Shown: piece by piece, positions 1 through 12,600 of the stretch
Layout: each line of letters opens with the position of its first letter
How positions within the stretch are numbered: the first letter of the stretch is position 1
Assembly (NCBI GenBank): GCA_038087875.1
Contig: CM075986.1
Coordinates: forward strand, 7,874,001-7,938,000
Length of the DNA: 64,000 nucleotides
Direction of reading: 5' to 3'
Source of the DNA: Malacoraja senta
Lineage: Eukaryota
Notes under the pieces: model-generated
What the model was told of the DNA's origin: nothing
Seen by the model: only the letters and a program-made list of their open reading frames with translations
Databases searched by the model: none
Made by a program: the position numbers and the translations under genes

Positions 1-18
1 GGAGGAAAAGGTGCTGAT
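1..18 (+). CDS. ARHGAP23: Probable 3' end of an upstream ARHGAP23 exon (EEKVL + AT), GC-type donor
   Basis: Frame 2 reads EEKVL-at|gcaagc. The phase-2 end fits the exon at 558 and gives ..[13 protein letters not shown], similar to mammalian ..RVLRRLPNRIPSL. Confidence 0.45.
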
Positions 19-557
19 GCAAGCAAAGATTCCACCAAAAAGACATGTACGTATTCTGATACCCAGAAATGGACAAAACATTGCCCTCTTTCAGGATCAG
101 ACTATTTTCTGCTGCTTAGTGCAGTTTATTTTATCCAGAGTTGTGTTTCTAGGCTGATTACACTATCTTTACATTTAGTCTAATGTCTATTTAAAAACAA
201 TCTTCGCAGAATTAAAGATTAATAATGTTTATGTTTGAACATTTATTTAAAAGTGACAGGATTAGTGCATGTGGTAGAGCCATTTATAATTGAAAATTTC
301 AATGTACAGGATCTTGCAGTTCAAGGTTATGAATCTCACAATACTTCGATAGAACACCTAGTACAGCACAATGTCACAATATTTCATACTTCTAACAAAC
401 AACTCTTATTCACTTTTGATCTCTAAAATATTTGACCTGGTAACAATTTATACTTTTTTATTTAAATCCTAGCCTTAAATTATGCATAGCTTGCAACCAC
501 ATCAGATGTCAAGCAAGTTGATGTATTTTGATCCTTGTTCCCATTTATTATTTTTAG

Positions 558-615
558 GAAATTGCCAATCCGAGTTCCTAGTCTGAAGATGCTGAGAAAC
601 TTTTTCATGGAAGGG
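558..615 (+). CDS. ARHGAP23: ARHGAP23 exon (58 nt) [19 protein letters not shown]
   Basis: ttttag|G...GGG|gtaag; similar to mammalian RLPNRIPSLRMLRSFFTDG. Confidence 0.85.
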
Positions 616-3600
616 GTAAGAATTGATTTAGAAATAAGAGTGGAGAAAAATTAGTAGCCAGTGAAGTTTGTGTTTGCAATTTTCTGCATTAACTGTACCT
701 CAAAATTACAGTCATTAAGTAATAAAATTAAATGAGAAATGACAACCAAATGGACCTTAATCGGTACATGTGACAATAAACGATCCTTGAAATCTTGAAA
801 TGGATTCCTGAAAATATAGGTCTCTATTCTTGTCCACACATCTTTTCTTATTAATTGTAGGGTTATATTCATTGGTGAGATCAGTACAGTATTCTAATCA
901 ATGAGTCAAAGTAAGCACCACGTTCAGGTGAAGAAGGAAATAAATGTGGCATTAACGGTTTGAAGCACCTGGATCTAATTAAATCTTCATTTTAAGGACA
1001 CTTTTTTTGCACTTAATTATTTTCAATTACATACAAAAACAAGGCAAATTTGGGAAGTAGAGTTGGTTGCAGTGTGGTAATATAAAGATCAGTATACTGG
1101 CACTCGCGCTGCCCTCTGGTCTCTTCAGCCACAAGCGACGCTGCTCTAGCAGAGGTTTGGAGCAAGCGGCCAACAACTAGGATGCATCACCCATGGTCAG
1201 CCATGACCGAGGGGGGGCCTCTATACTCAATCATCATAGCATGCCACTGGTGGATTGCTGTGATGGTATTAAATGGGTCGAGCTCCATCATACTTGGTGG
1301 CATCAATATGTAGTGGGTGTAGGTGATATAAAACATGACACATTTTGAAGATATATCGACCAGGAGATTAATTGGTGGTATGTAGTGCTTGGAGCACCAC
1401 ATTGTTGCATTGGTACCATGTTCCATTAACGTCAATGAAAGGTACTGCTGTTTCCTTGGTTGCATCAAGCACTACAGTGGAATTGATTGTAGACTTTAGG
1501 AGAGCTCCCCCTCCCCTAACCCCACTCACCATCAACAACACCACAGTCACATCTGTGGAGTCTTTTAAGTTCCTGGGAACTATCATCTCCAAGGACCTTA
1601 AGTGGGGGGCTGCCATTGACTCCACAGTCAAAAAGGCACAACAGAGGATGTACTTCCTGCGGCAGCTGAGGAAGCACAATCTGCCACAGGCAATGATGGT
1701 CCAATTCTACACGGCCATGGTAGAGTCTGTTCTCACCTTCTCCATCATGGTCTGGTTTGGCTCAGCCACCAAGCACGACACCTGGAGGCTGCAGCGAATC
1801 GTTCGATCAGCAGAGAAGATTATTGGCTGCAACCTTCCCTCCATTGATGAACTGTACACTGTAAGGGTATACCATGTGCCAAACCAAATTACAGAACAGC
1901 TAGATGCTGGATTTTGGGAGTACTTGAACACCACTTTGCTGCACTGGTTTACGCGTGTTTGATATATGCAAATAACGTTTTTGAAGTAATGAGCTTGTTC
2001 CTTTTTTCACCAAAGCTTGTTTTAAGCGCTGGTATTTTCGGAATAGCGTGTTCAAATGTACTGCTGACAGCATAACCACATACATGTTTAATGTAGGTGT
2101 TTTTGAATTGCACACTCTGTTCAAGCACGTAACCCTCACGTAAAACACAAGGTGCCTGGTATTACTATACATGAATAATGTGTCCAGTTTGTCTTAACAA
2201 AAAGCCATTTTTAAATTATACTGGCTTGGGCACAAACTAGAAATTATATTAAAAAAATTGTTTTTCACACACTTTTAAAGGATGACTATTCACAATTTTA
2301 TTATGTATTATTTAGTCCTCAGAAAGCTTGGATGGTTCTGAAAACAACAGATCTAAGCGCCATTCTACATCTGACCTCTGTGACGTGACCTTCAGTGACG
2401 TCAGGAAAGAGGGCTGGCTATACTATCGACAGCTGGTCACAGAGAAGGGAAAGGTAAGATTCAAGCCTGCATCAAAGCTTTTATGATTCAGACCACTTAA
2501 TAATTTAGAAAGAGAGAACGTAGTTTTATATTTTATAACATCATGAAATATTTTAGTTTTGGTGTTCAGGGAAAGTAAAGTCAAAGATGTAGGAACGAGG
2601 GCATATTGATATACTTTGACCCAAATTTTAAATAACATGTAATGTTTCAGCTAATATAAAAATTAAACAATTTAGAAAGAAGAAAGATAGAATTGGATAG
2701 ATATTAATAATTTCAGAATGTTATAAGGTTCGGAGTTGGGAGAGGGTATACATTTATAAAACGGCAATCATGACTGATCTGATCCGATTCTCCAGCTGTT
2801 TCATACAGTATATCCATGAGTTTGTGTTAGAATGAATCCTTCAGGGTGTTTTAAAGCACTTAGCAACCGATTGAGTATTTTGGAAATATTTCATAAGCCA
2901 TTCTTGTATGGATAGGTCCTTCAAACATTGCCAGATGATATCACCGAGTCCACTGCACAGAACCAGGCCTTTCTGCCCATCATGTACATGCCGACACTTT
3001 TGCCCATCTACACTAATACCTTACTGAAGAAGGGTCTGGACCCTTTCTGTTTTATTTATTTCCACAATTTTCACTCAACATTAAGTGCCAGTTTCACTGA
3101 AATATCACTTTCTCAAAAAAAACTCTTAATTAATTCAACAAACTGCAGAAATCTTTATTTTTTCAATGTTGCTGAAAAGATCGAGAGCAAAGGCTATTGA
3201 TTTACTTTGCATGTTGTACAGTGTGATCTGAATTTGAGGCAGATATTAAATAATTAATTAGCAATATGCTCTGGGGATGTTTAAAATGAGGTCATTCAAT
3301 GGTGACGTATCAAAGTGATCTGATCCGATTCTCTGGCTATTTGTTATATCCTTGAGGTAGCGTTAGAATGAAAACTAGTTATAAGCCTGCATCAGACTTG
3401 GCTTCCTTTATCAAAGCAAGAATTTTAAATGTAAGTACAACATAAGATGGTGTCTTGATATTTTTAAAGTATCATCATATTAAAAAGCCATTATACCGAA
3501 CAGGGTTTTCAATTGCTAATGAGTCTGTATACAATTTATTGGCTTTAGAATTTTTTGATAAAGCAGAACTACCTTATTAGTGAATCTATCCTGCAACATT

Positions 3601-6600
3601 AATGAAATGAAGCATATCCTTTTAAAATCTTATTTACCTGATATCACATTGGTATCACGTCTGCTATTAATTAATTAACAATCTGTCATGTGCACTTCAT
3701 TAGCCAACCACAACTGGAAATCATAACTCTGGAGAAAATAGTACGTAAAACTGAATGTGTTAGAATAGATAATTTTTTTAAAGCACAAAAGCATATTGAT
3801 GCCAAATGTCAATAATTTAACAGATCTTTTGGAACTAATGTTCAGAGATTTTGCTCTGCTGTTACTATAAAGACATGTGTATATTTACATATGCTATGTT
3901 GAATTCATAATTTAAACACTTGCATCCACAATGGTTTGCTTTATAAATTATCTATTGACATGGCCGTCTTAAAAGTGAATGAAATTTCTAGGCTGTAAAA
4001 TAGACCAGGATTCGAAAAGTACATAACATAACTGCTCTGTATTTACCAGGCTCCATAGAACTAATTTTAAATGGAATCCTTTTTGTCATTTTATTCTTGT
4101 TTGAAGGCAGATCATTTAATTAACCAGAAAATATTGATCAGTATTTTTAAAGAAAAGGGCAAATTAAATTTTGGGATAGTAGCTTTCGTCAAATATCTGG
4201 TGAAGGGACCCTTCTAACCCATCAAAATAATGCCCATGCCTACAGTTTATTTCCAGCATTTCTCATTTTGATAAATGTTAATAAGAATGGGAGTTATTTT
4301 TCTTTTCTCCCCTATACCATGGGAGGTACATCCAAACACTTGCCCAGCAACAAATAGATTGGCCTGTGGCAGAATTCTACTGTATGTATAATTCAGCTTC
4401 CACAGAAAAGGGAAAATAATTAAAATTACTGGGTTTTTTAATACATGTCCTGACACTCCATCTTCCTGAAGGATTCTGCATGTTGCTTTGGCTACTTGTA
4501 TTGTCTGTCGCAGATTAACATATTTATGTTAAAGAATCTAAACTCACTGTGGAAGAAAAAGAAAAAAACATTTTTGTTATTAAGGAAATCCTACATTAGA
4601 AAAATAACCTGTTCATTAATGTCTTAATTTGTGATTAGCACTTATTTTCACATTAGAATTTGTCGCTGTACTTTAGAATATTACACCTCTATTACAAATG
4701 TGATTGTAATTACAGCTGCTCTCTGTTGACTAGGAATAATTGAAATAAACAAAAGGATTATTTGAAAAAAAGGTATTAGGGTTTTAGATGAATGTCTTCC
4801 CTTCTCTGGATATTTGCTTTGAAATGTATTCATTTGCTTCTTTATTTACCAGTAGTTCTGCTGTTGGCTGATGCCCCATTGATTTATTTGCTCGTTCAAT
4901 TATTCATGTATTGCCATCAAGGTTAAAGCTTTCCATAGTTTTAGGGAATTTATTTCTCTTGGTTTACTGGTATTGTGTACATGAAGATTGGGCTTGTTTG
5001 TTTTTTAAATATTAAAATTAACAGATATTCAGTTGATGCTACCTTAAAGTTTTATTTAAAATATTGTTTTGTGTTATTTTACAGAGGGTTGTGAGCAGCA
5101 TTCGATCTTGGAAAAGGGTCTATGCCCTCGTGCGATCGCATTCTCTATATCTGCACAAGGACAAAAGGGACGCAGTGACCTACGTTACCTCTCCTGCTGA
5201 GGATGAACAGCCCATTTGTGTTAAAGCCTGTCTGATTGATATTTCGTACAGTGAGACTAAAAGGAAGAATGTTTTTAGGCTGACTACTTCGGATTTCTGT
5301 GAATACCTGTTTCAGGCTGAGGATAGAGATGATATGTTGAACTGGATTAAAATCATCCAAGAGAACAGTAAAACAGAGGGAGAGGTAAGCACGACACCAG
5401 TATGATTTCAAATAAGGTCGAACATTCTGCACAATACTAATAAGGTGAGGTAGCGTCTGTGGAGAGAGAAATGTTGTTAGCATCATGGGTCAGTGACCTT
5501 TAATTGGACCTACTTTGACCACAGCCACGTCTATCGACAGTACGATAGAGTGCAAATTATTTTCCTGATGTGGGCAATGATGGGAATCGTATCTTGAAAA
5601 TATCCCATAAAGATAGCAAAATGATGAATGTTATCCGGTAAACAAAAAATTGCAACTACTATGCCACATGGTAGTGTAGTTGCAATTTTTATGTTTGCCG
5701 GATAACATTCATCATTTGGATGCTCCTCCAATTCCAACTGTAAAAGGTTGAAAACAGATTACATGAACAGTCATATATAAATGTGGGCTATTGATCCTTC
5801 CACCTCCAATAATGGATTACTTTCAATGCTGGTACTAAAGAGTAAACTTGCTTTATGATGCGTTGCCATGGCAACACAATGGATTTCTTTGACGAAGATT
5901 TAATCTGATAAAAGTCTGTTGAGCCCTGCAGATGGTGCAGATGTTGACTCAGTACTTTATAAAATAGATGCACTAATACATCTTACCAATAATTGCTGAC
6001 ATGTATTAGTGCATTAATTTATAATGTAGCTGGCACAGGCACATTAGTCATAAACTGACAACCCTAAGAGGACCTCTTTGTGTTCTGTTAACCATTCCCC
6101 AATCCATGTTAGTAAATTACCACCAATTCCAAGTGCTCTAACTTTGTTCAGCACTTTTATTGAAAGCTTGCCAAAATTCAAATATGCTATACTCGTTGAT
6201 TTTTTCCCTCATCTCTAGTTAATAAAATCCTCAGAAAACTAGATTTATCAAACTCGATTTTCCCTTTATAAATTCCTGTTAACTCTATTCTCTTCCTGCC
6301 CTCTTGGTTGTTATGTGGGAGATTATGTTTGAATATATTCAAGGACTCCGGTATTTAAAGTATGTTTCTTTTATTAGGACACAAGTGCCAGATTGATACA
6401 AGTCAAATTAAAGGAGTACAGGAACCAGAGGTAATGAAACCAATTAGATGCTGAAATATTTCTTTATACTGCATTATTTATGATATAAGCGAGCAGTACT
6501 TTCCTCATTTGCTGTGTGCTAGGAATCTGCCTACTACAGTCAGCAGTCTGGAATGGCAAAAAAAGCTGATCTTTGTTGATACAATCTTTGTTGACTGAAC

Positions 6601-9600
6601 TCTTCATTCTTGTTAGCTGAGGACATTTTAGAAATGTTATTTGTCATCAACGACGTGAATGGTGCTGCATATCATTTCTTCCAGCAGAAGGGTTTTTTTT
6701 GTCTCAGTTAGACCAGGTAGCTTTCATTGTCTGCTTTTGCGATCCGGTGCAGGATTTTCATGCTGTGCAGACCAAAGGCTTTTCTTTCAGTTCTAATTTG
6801 AATTAAAGTGTTAAATGCACCTTAAAAAAATGAAGGAAATGGGTGTCGTATGCTGTACTTTGTCCAAATTGTTATCTAGTTGGCACGCAGATTATCATGA
6901 GAAACAAGTGACTCATTTCGTGGAAAAACTTCACTGTTTAAAAAAAGAAATTCCAAGGGGGAAAACATTATGAATATTTATCAAAACTTGGCAAACTTCC
7001 TTTGGTATGCAAAGCATATATAGTGCTATATAAGGTCTAACAATGCAAGTGTTGATATTGGAGCTGGTACCAGTGCCAAAGTGTTAGCAAACGAATACTC
7101 TTGAGTCCTTCCCAGGATTGTTTCAGCTACTTCAATTAAATACGATGCTTTTGCTTTTATAAAAAGTACAATGCCAATTTATTTTTCCCTTCCCTCATTC
7201 ATCATTTAAAAATTTTGGATTTGGAGGCATTAAATACTCAGCAACCCACAACCCAGACACACATTTTGTGAACCTGGACATAACGTGTCGGTGAATCCTT
7301 GCTTGCAAGCAATCTTTGGAAATAATCCAAAGAAAAATCTTCTCAAATTCAGACAATCCCATTTATAGCAGAAGTCAAGTTCAGCGTGGCACAGCTAGTC
7401 GAGCACTGCTTCAGCACCAGAGACCCAAGTGCAATCCTGACCTCGGGTGCTGTGTGTGATGCTTGCACCTTCTCCCTCTGACCGGGTGGGTTTCCTCTGG
7501 TGCTCGGGTTTCCTCTAGTGCTCACGTTCCCTCCCACATCCCATTTTCTTCTGTTTTATGTTATTCAAGTCTTCTACCCTTCTGTCTAATCAAGAACGTC
7601 ATAATAAAGCAGGTCGGTTTCTGTACATCATAAAGTGAGGAAGTCATGGCAGACCTTTGCGAAACACCACAGTTTAAATCAAAAGTGGAATAATTTGTTC
7701 AACTTCGATCACCACATATTATGAAGGATTTGAAGATTTTACAAAGGGTACAGTCAAAATTGAATAAAGTGATTCCAGGTTTGAATCACATTTAGACCAG
7801 TTTGGAATGGTGGGTTTCCTTCTCTCAAGGAGATCATTTAATCAGTGGATTATGTGACCAGAAGGATTTGTGATTGTTGGGGAGGCTGAGACCATGAGGG
7901 GATCTGAAACAAGATGGAAAACTTTGCTTCACCAGGTTGCATTCTAGGGCACAAACTGTAAGAGTATTGGGTGAATGGGCTAAGGCAAGTTAGGACATCG
8001 GAAAACATAAGTTTAGATAATCTCCCGTTGATAGAAAGTGGCGTGTAGGCAAGAGTAGATTTATCTCGTTGACTAGAAGTCACGGTAACTTTGATTAGGG
8101 TTTCAGCAGTGGGTGAGCTGAGGTTGAATCTGAGTAGGGTGATGCTAAGGAAATGGGATGACTCAGTGGTGGGAATACATGTTAAAACAAGATTTGGATT
8201 TTTAAAATCTGAGATTGTACCCTTATTGTGTTGCAGCCCTGCAAATAATAAATCCGACTCTTCTCCAAAAGGATCACGGCATCATGTCATTCGTCGACCG
8301 CGATCCCCCAGACAAGATAATGCAAACAAAGGTGAATCAGCTTAATACCTCATGCTCTCTCTCCATAACCTTGTTGTTATCTTGCAAGAGTTCTCATCAG
8401 TATTCATTTTCTTCAGTTGCTCACCCCTAACTCTAATTATTCAAAGTTAAGGCAAAATTTAGAGATAGGTTATAGATTTTTTTTAATAACAGGGATTATT
8501 GCACAATGGAGTTTAGTTTCTTCTGTTGTGGCCTCAGTCACCAGTAATCATCCTTTTAATTACAATAGTTTGGATTGGTTTGTCTTATCTTTGAATTATC
8601 CTTTAGCTAAGAATTATTTGCTGAGAGATCTAGGTGAATAATAGTGGTTCAAAGGGAAATCACAGCAAAGACAAGAAGGAAAAGAAATAAGTAGAAGGAA
8701 AAGTAAATAAGTAAGAGGTATTTCTTTAATCAGAGGTGGTGGATCTGTGGAATTCATTGCCACAGACGGCTGTGGAGGCCAAGTCATTGGGTATTTTTAA
8801 AGTGGAATTTGACAGATTCTTGATTAGTACGCGTGTCAAAGGTTATTGGGAGAAGGCAGGAGAATGGGGGTTGAGAGGGAAAGGTAGAGCAGCAATGATT
8901 GAATGGCAGAGTAGACTCGATAGGCCGAATGGCCTAATTCTGCTGCTATGACATGAAATTGCAGGAGGATGAGGTGACTGAATAAAGTAGCCCCCACTCT
9001 GATAGCACCTCCCAGTCACAGAGCCTTCCAAAGTGAGGAGCAGGACAGGGCTGTGGGACGTTCAGCATGTTCCCCCTCCAGATCGCATCCATAGTGACCT
9101 AGAAACACATTGACATTCCTTATTCATTTCTGGGACTAAATCTCAGAACTCTATGCCAACAATAATATGGGACTTCCTTCACAAATTCTTCTTGTAGTTT
9201 AAGTGATGATTCGTCACCATCTTCTCATGGGCAGTTAGAGATGGAGATTAAATGCGGGCTTTGCAAGCAAAGCCCAGGTCTCAAAATGTTTCTTTGAAGA
9301 GCAGCACCTCATCTTCCATATGGGCATGTTGCAGCCTTCTGCTCACTGCTGAATTATTCCTGCAATTTCTACTTTTATATTTGATTTCTAGCACCGGCAG
9401 TTTTATTAAATTAGATTTATGAGTAATTAATTTAATTCTGTTTGACTGACTCCAGAATTGAATCCTGAAAACCTATAAATAGCACAAGTATGGGGTGACT
9501 GATTAAAGAAAGCAGCCCCCAGTCAATACCACCTCCCAGGCACAGAGCCTCCACCAGCAAAGTATTAAGACGACAATTTTAAGCTGTCAGAAAAAAAATT

Positions 9601-12600
9601 ATTGATGGCTGAAATTTTTTCTTATTCATATATTGTTCAGCAGGGGCGTGTTATTGTTATAATTCCACAGGAAAAACTAGCGTTGGAACAAATTTCAGAG
9701 TAGGCCTGAATCTTTATCTCAAGATCTGTAAAGGCGTTGCTTCCCAGCAGGAATCAATCAGTGCACCAGAGGGCAGTCTTGTTGCAAAATGAATTGTACA
9801 TCCTAATAGATAACAGTGAGAGAGGTAAATCTGGAAGAAAGCTGTTGCATTTCAGGTTGTTTGTGTATTAAGGCTCTGTAGCCGATTCCTACCCAGACTT
9901 CTAGCAAGCAGAAAATGTGAAAAGGAGCTGCCATAATATACTTTTTATAGAAAATATAAATGTAGGAATCCCTCATTTACAATTATTTTAAGATGGTTAA
10001 GAAAACCGAAGATAGACACAAATGCAGGAGTAACTGAATTGGTCAGGCAGCATTTCTGGAGAAAAGGAATAGGTGATGTTTCGGATTGAGACCCTTCTTC
10101 AGATGCTGTGTAATGAGTTGGGGGGAATGCATTTATTTGTTCATCCCTTTTCATTGCAGAATTTTTTGTTATTTTCAGAATGGGTAAACCTATTACAACC
10201 AGCCTCGTTGAGAAGCAGGCACTAGTTTGGATAGAGGACTGAATGTCAAGTTGGTTGAGGACTGGGCAGTTATGCTATTTGAATAAGCAGTTTGGAAATC
10301 TACAGATCATGAGATGTATTTCAGACATCTGTAAAAATGGTGCAGATAATGAATCTGATAAAGAAGGAAGCTGGGGAGTGTAATTTCTTTTAGTTTAGTT
10401 TAGAGATACAGCGCGGAAACAGGCGCTTTCATCCCACGAGTCCGCGCCGACCACCGATCCCCGCACATTAACACTATCCTACACACACTAGGGACGCTTT
10501 ACAATTCTTACCAAGCCAATTAACCTACACACCTGTATGTCTTTGGCATGTGGGAGGAAACCGAAGATCTCGGAGAAAACCCACGCAGTTCACAATGAGA
10601 ACGTACAAACTCCGTACAGACAGCACCCGTAGTTATGATCGAATACGGATCTCTGGCGCTGTAAGGCAGCAACGCTACCACTGCGCCACTGTGCTGGTGC
10701 GGACATCTGACATGGGGGAGTTGTTTAAAGGCCAGTTCATCAAAGTTCAGAACTATCATATTTTGGTAAGGAGGAGAGATTAATTTTGGATGACCAACGA
10801 GATTGTAAATTTGGTTAAAAAGATTCCTGCATTAGGGGGTGTTTGCTCTATGGAACGGACAGACATGGATTGTTTTCTCTGGAATGCCGGAGCTTACGGG
10901 TAGACCTAGTAGAAGTTGACCATTTATGGGAGGCATAGATAGGGTAGACAGTTGGAAACTATTTCCCAGGATGGAATAAAATCAGATGCTAGATGACATA
11001 GCTATAAGGTGAGAGTGGCAAGATTTGAAGGAGATGTGCAGGGCAGGTATTGTACACAGAGGGTGGTGAGTGCCTAGAAAGTGCTGCCGAGGGTGGTGGT
11101 TGTGGCAGGTATGATAGTGGCATTTAAGAGACTTTTAGATAAGCATATGGATTTGCAGGGTATGGATTATGTGCAGGCAAGAGTTGGGCTTGGCATCATG
11201 TTCGGTACAGAAATTGTGGGCCAAATGGCCTGTTCTTATGCTGTACCTTTCTATGTTGAAACCCCTCAAGCTGGTGACACATCCCGCACCAGTGGTTTTC
11301 CAGGACATGGAAGGTATTGTGGAGTTCCCACGGACACAGGGTCGGCATACCGTAGATCCGAAGTGCATGTCGAGCCTCTGTCTAGTACATTAATTCACTA
11401 AGCAAAAGCTAGAACACCCCTCCCCTTCATTGCACTGAAAGCCTCCACTTACCAAAAGCCCAGGGGAAGGCCATTTACCTCACTGAGTTTTATGCAGTTC
11501 CAGTAGAGAAATTCAGTTAATCCCATTTCACTGCTCTTTCCTCATAGACCTGCATCTTATTTTCTTTGGAATTTAAAATAGATGCATGAATTCCTATCTG
11601 ACAAGACCTCTGCTTTATAAATTCAAGACTTTCCCATGTTCTGCAATAAAGTGCAGTTAACAATTCATATTCTCATCAGAGAATTCAACGTGGCCTGTCC
11701 TTTCTTACCCAAATGATGTTGCCAATGCTCACAGTGCAGTATAATTCTACTTCCAATTCTTGCAAAACAAATTTCTTAACCTTTTCCATACAACTACAAA
11801 GAACTTAAAGGAAAAGGTTGATGATTTGACAGAAATTAGCAACTTTGAAATCTTTCCATTATGATTTTAATATTCTGAGCACATTGTAATAAGAAAATAC
11901 TTAATCATGCTTCTTTTTCAGCATGCAGAAACCGAAGTGTGAATCCATGCAGTGTCCATGCAGCGAATCCACGCATCCATCATCTATCAGTGTCCATATG
12001 TAGTGTACCCACATGAATTTCATTTGTTGACATGATGACATTCATTCTATTTGAATGTGAAGGTAGTTGGCATGGTTAGTAAATTTGCACATGCAACTAA
12101 AAAAGGTACAGTTGACAGTGAAGAAGGTTATCCACAATTGCCATGGGATCTTGATCAACTGGGCTCATAGGTTTTGTGTTATTCTAATGTTGAATTGTGA
12201 CAGTATTACCCAAGAACAATACAGGAGCTTTCATTAGAACTGCATTTTCAACGGCTTTTAGGAATGGGCAATAAATACTAGCATTGCCAGCAACACCCGT
12301 GAACCAAAAATGAATACATTGAAAAGGAAGTAATCTTTCAATGCTTATTTATTTTTCCAGATGAAAGTAGCCCTCCTAAGGACAAGAGCTCTTGGTTGAA
12401 CATAATGAAGAAGACAAAAAAAACAGTTTCTGGAGCAGCTTTTGGTGTTCGGCTGGAGGAGTGTCAGCCTGGTGTAAAAAACAAGGTACTGGTTATGTGT
12501 GCATGTCTACTGAGCTGGAAATGTTTGTGAATGTAGCAATACCATGATACATACAAGTGACTTGTCTTAAAAAAGTGTTTAACTTAAATCTACCCCACTC

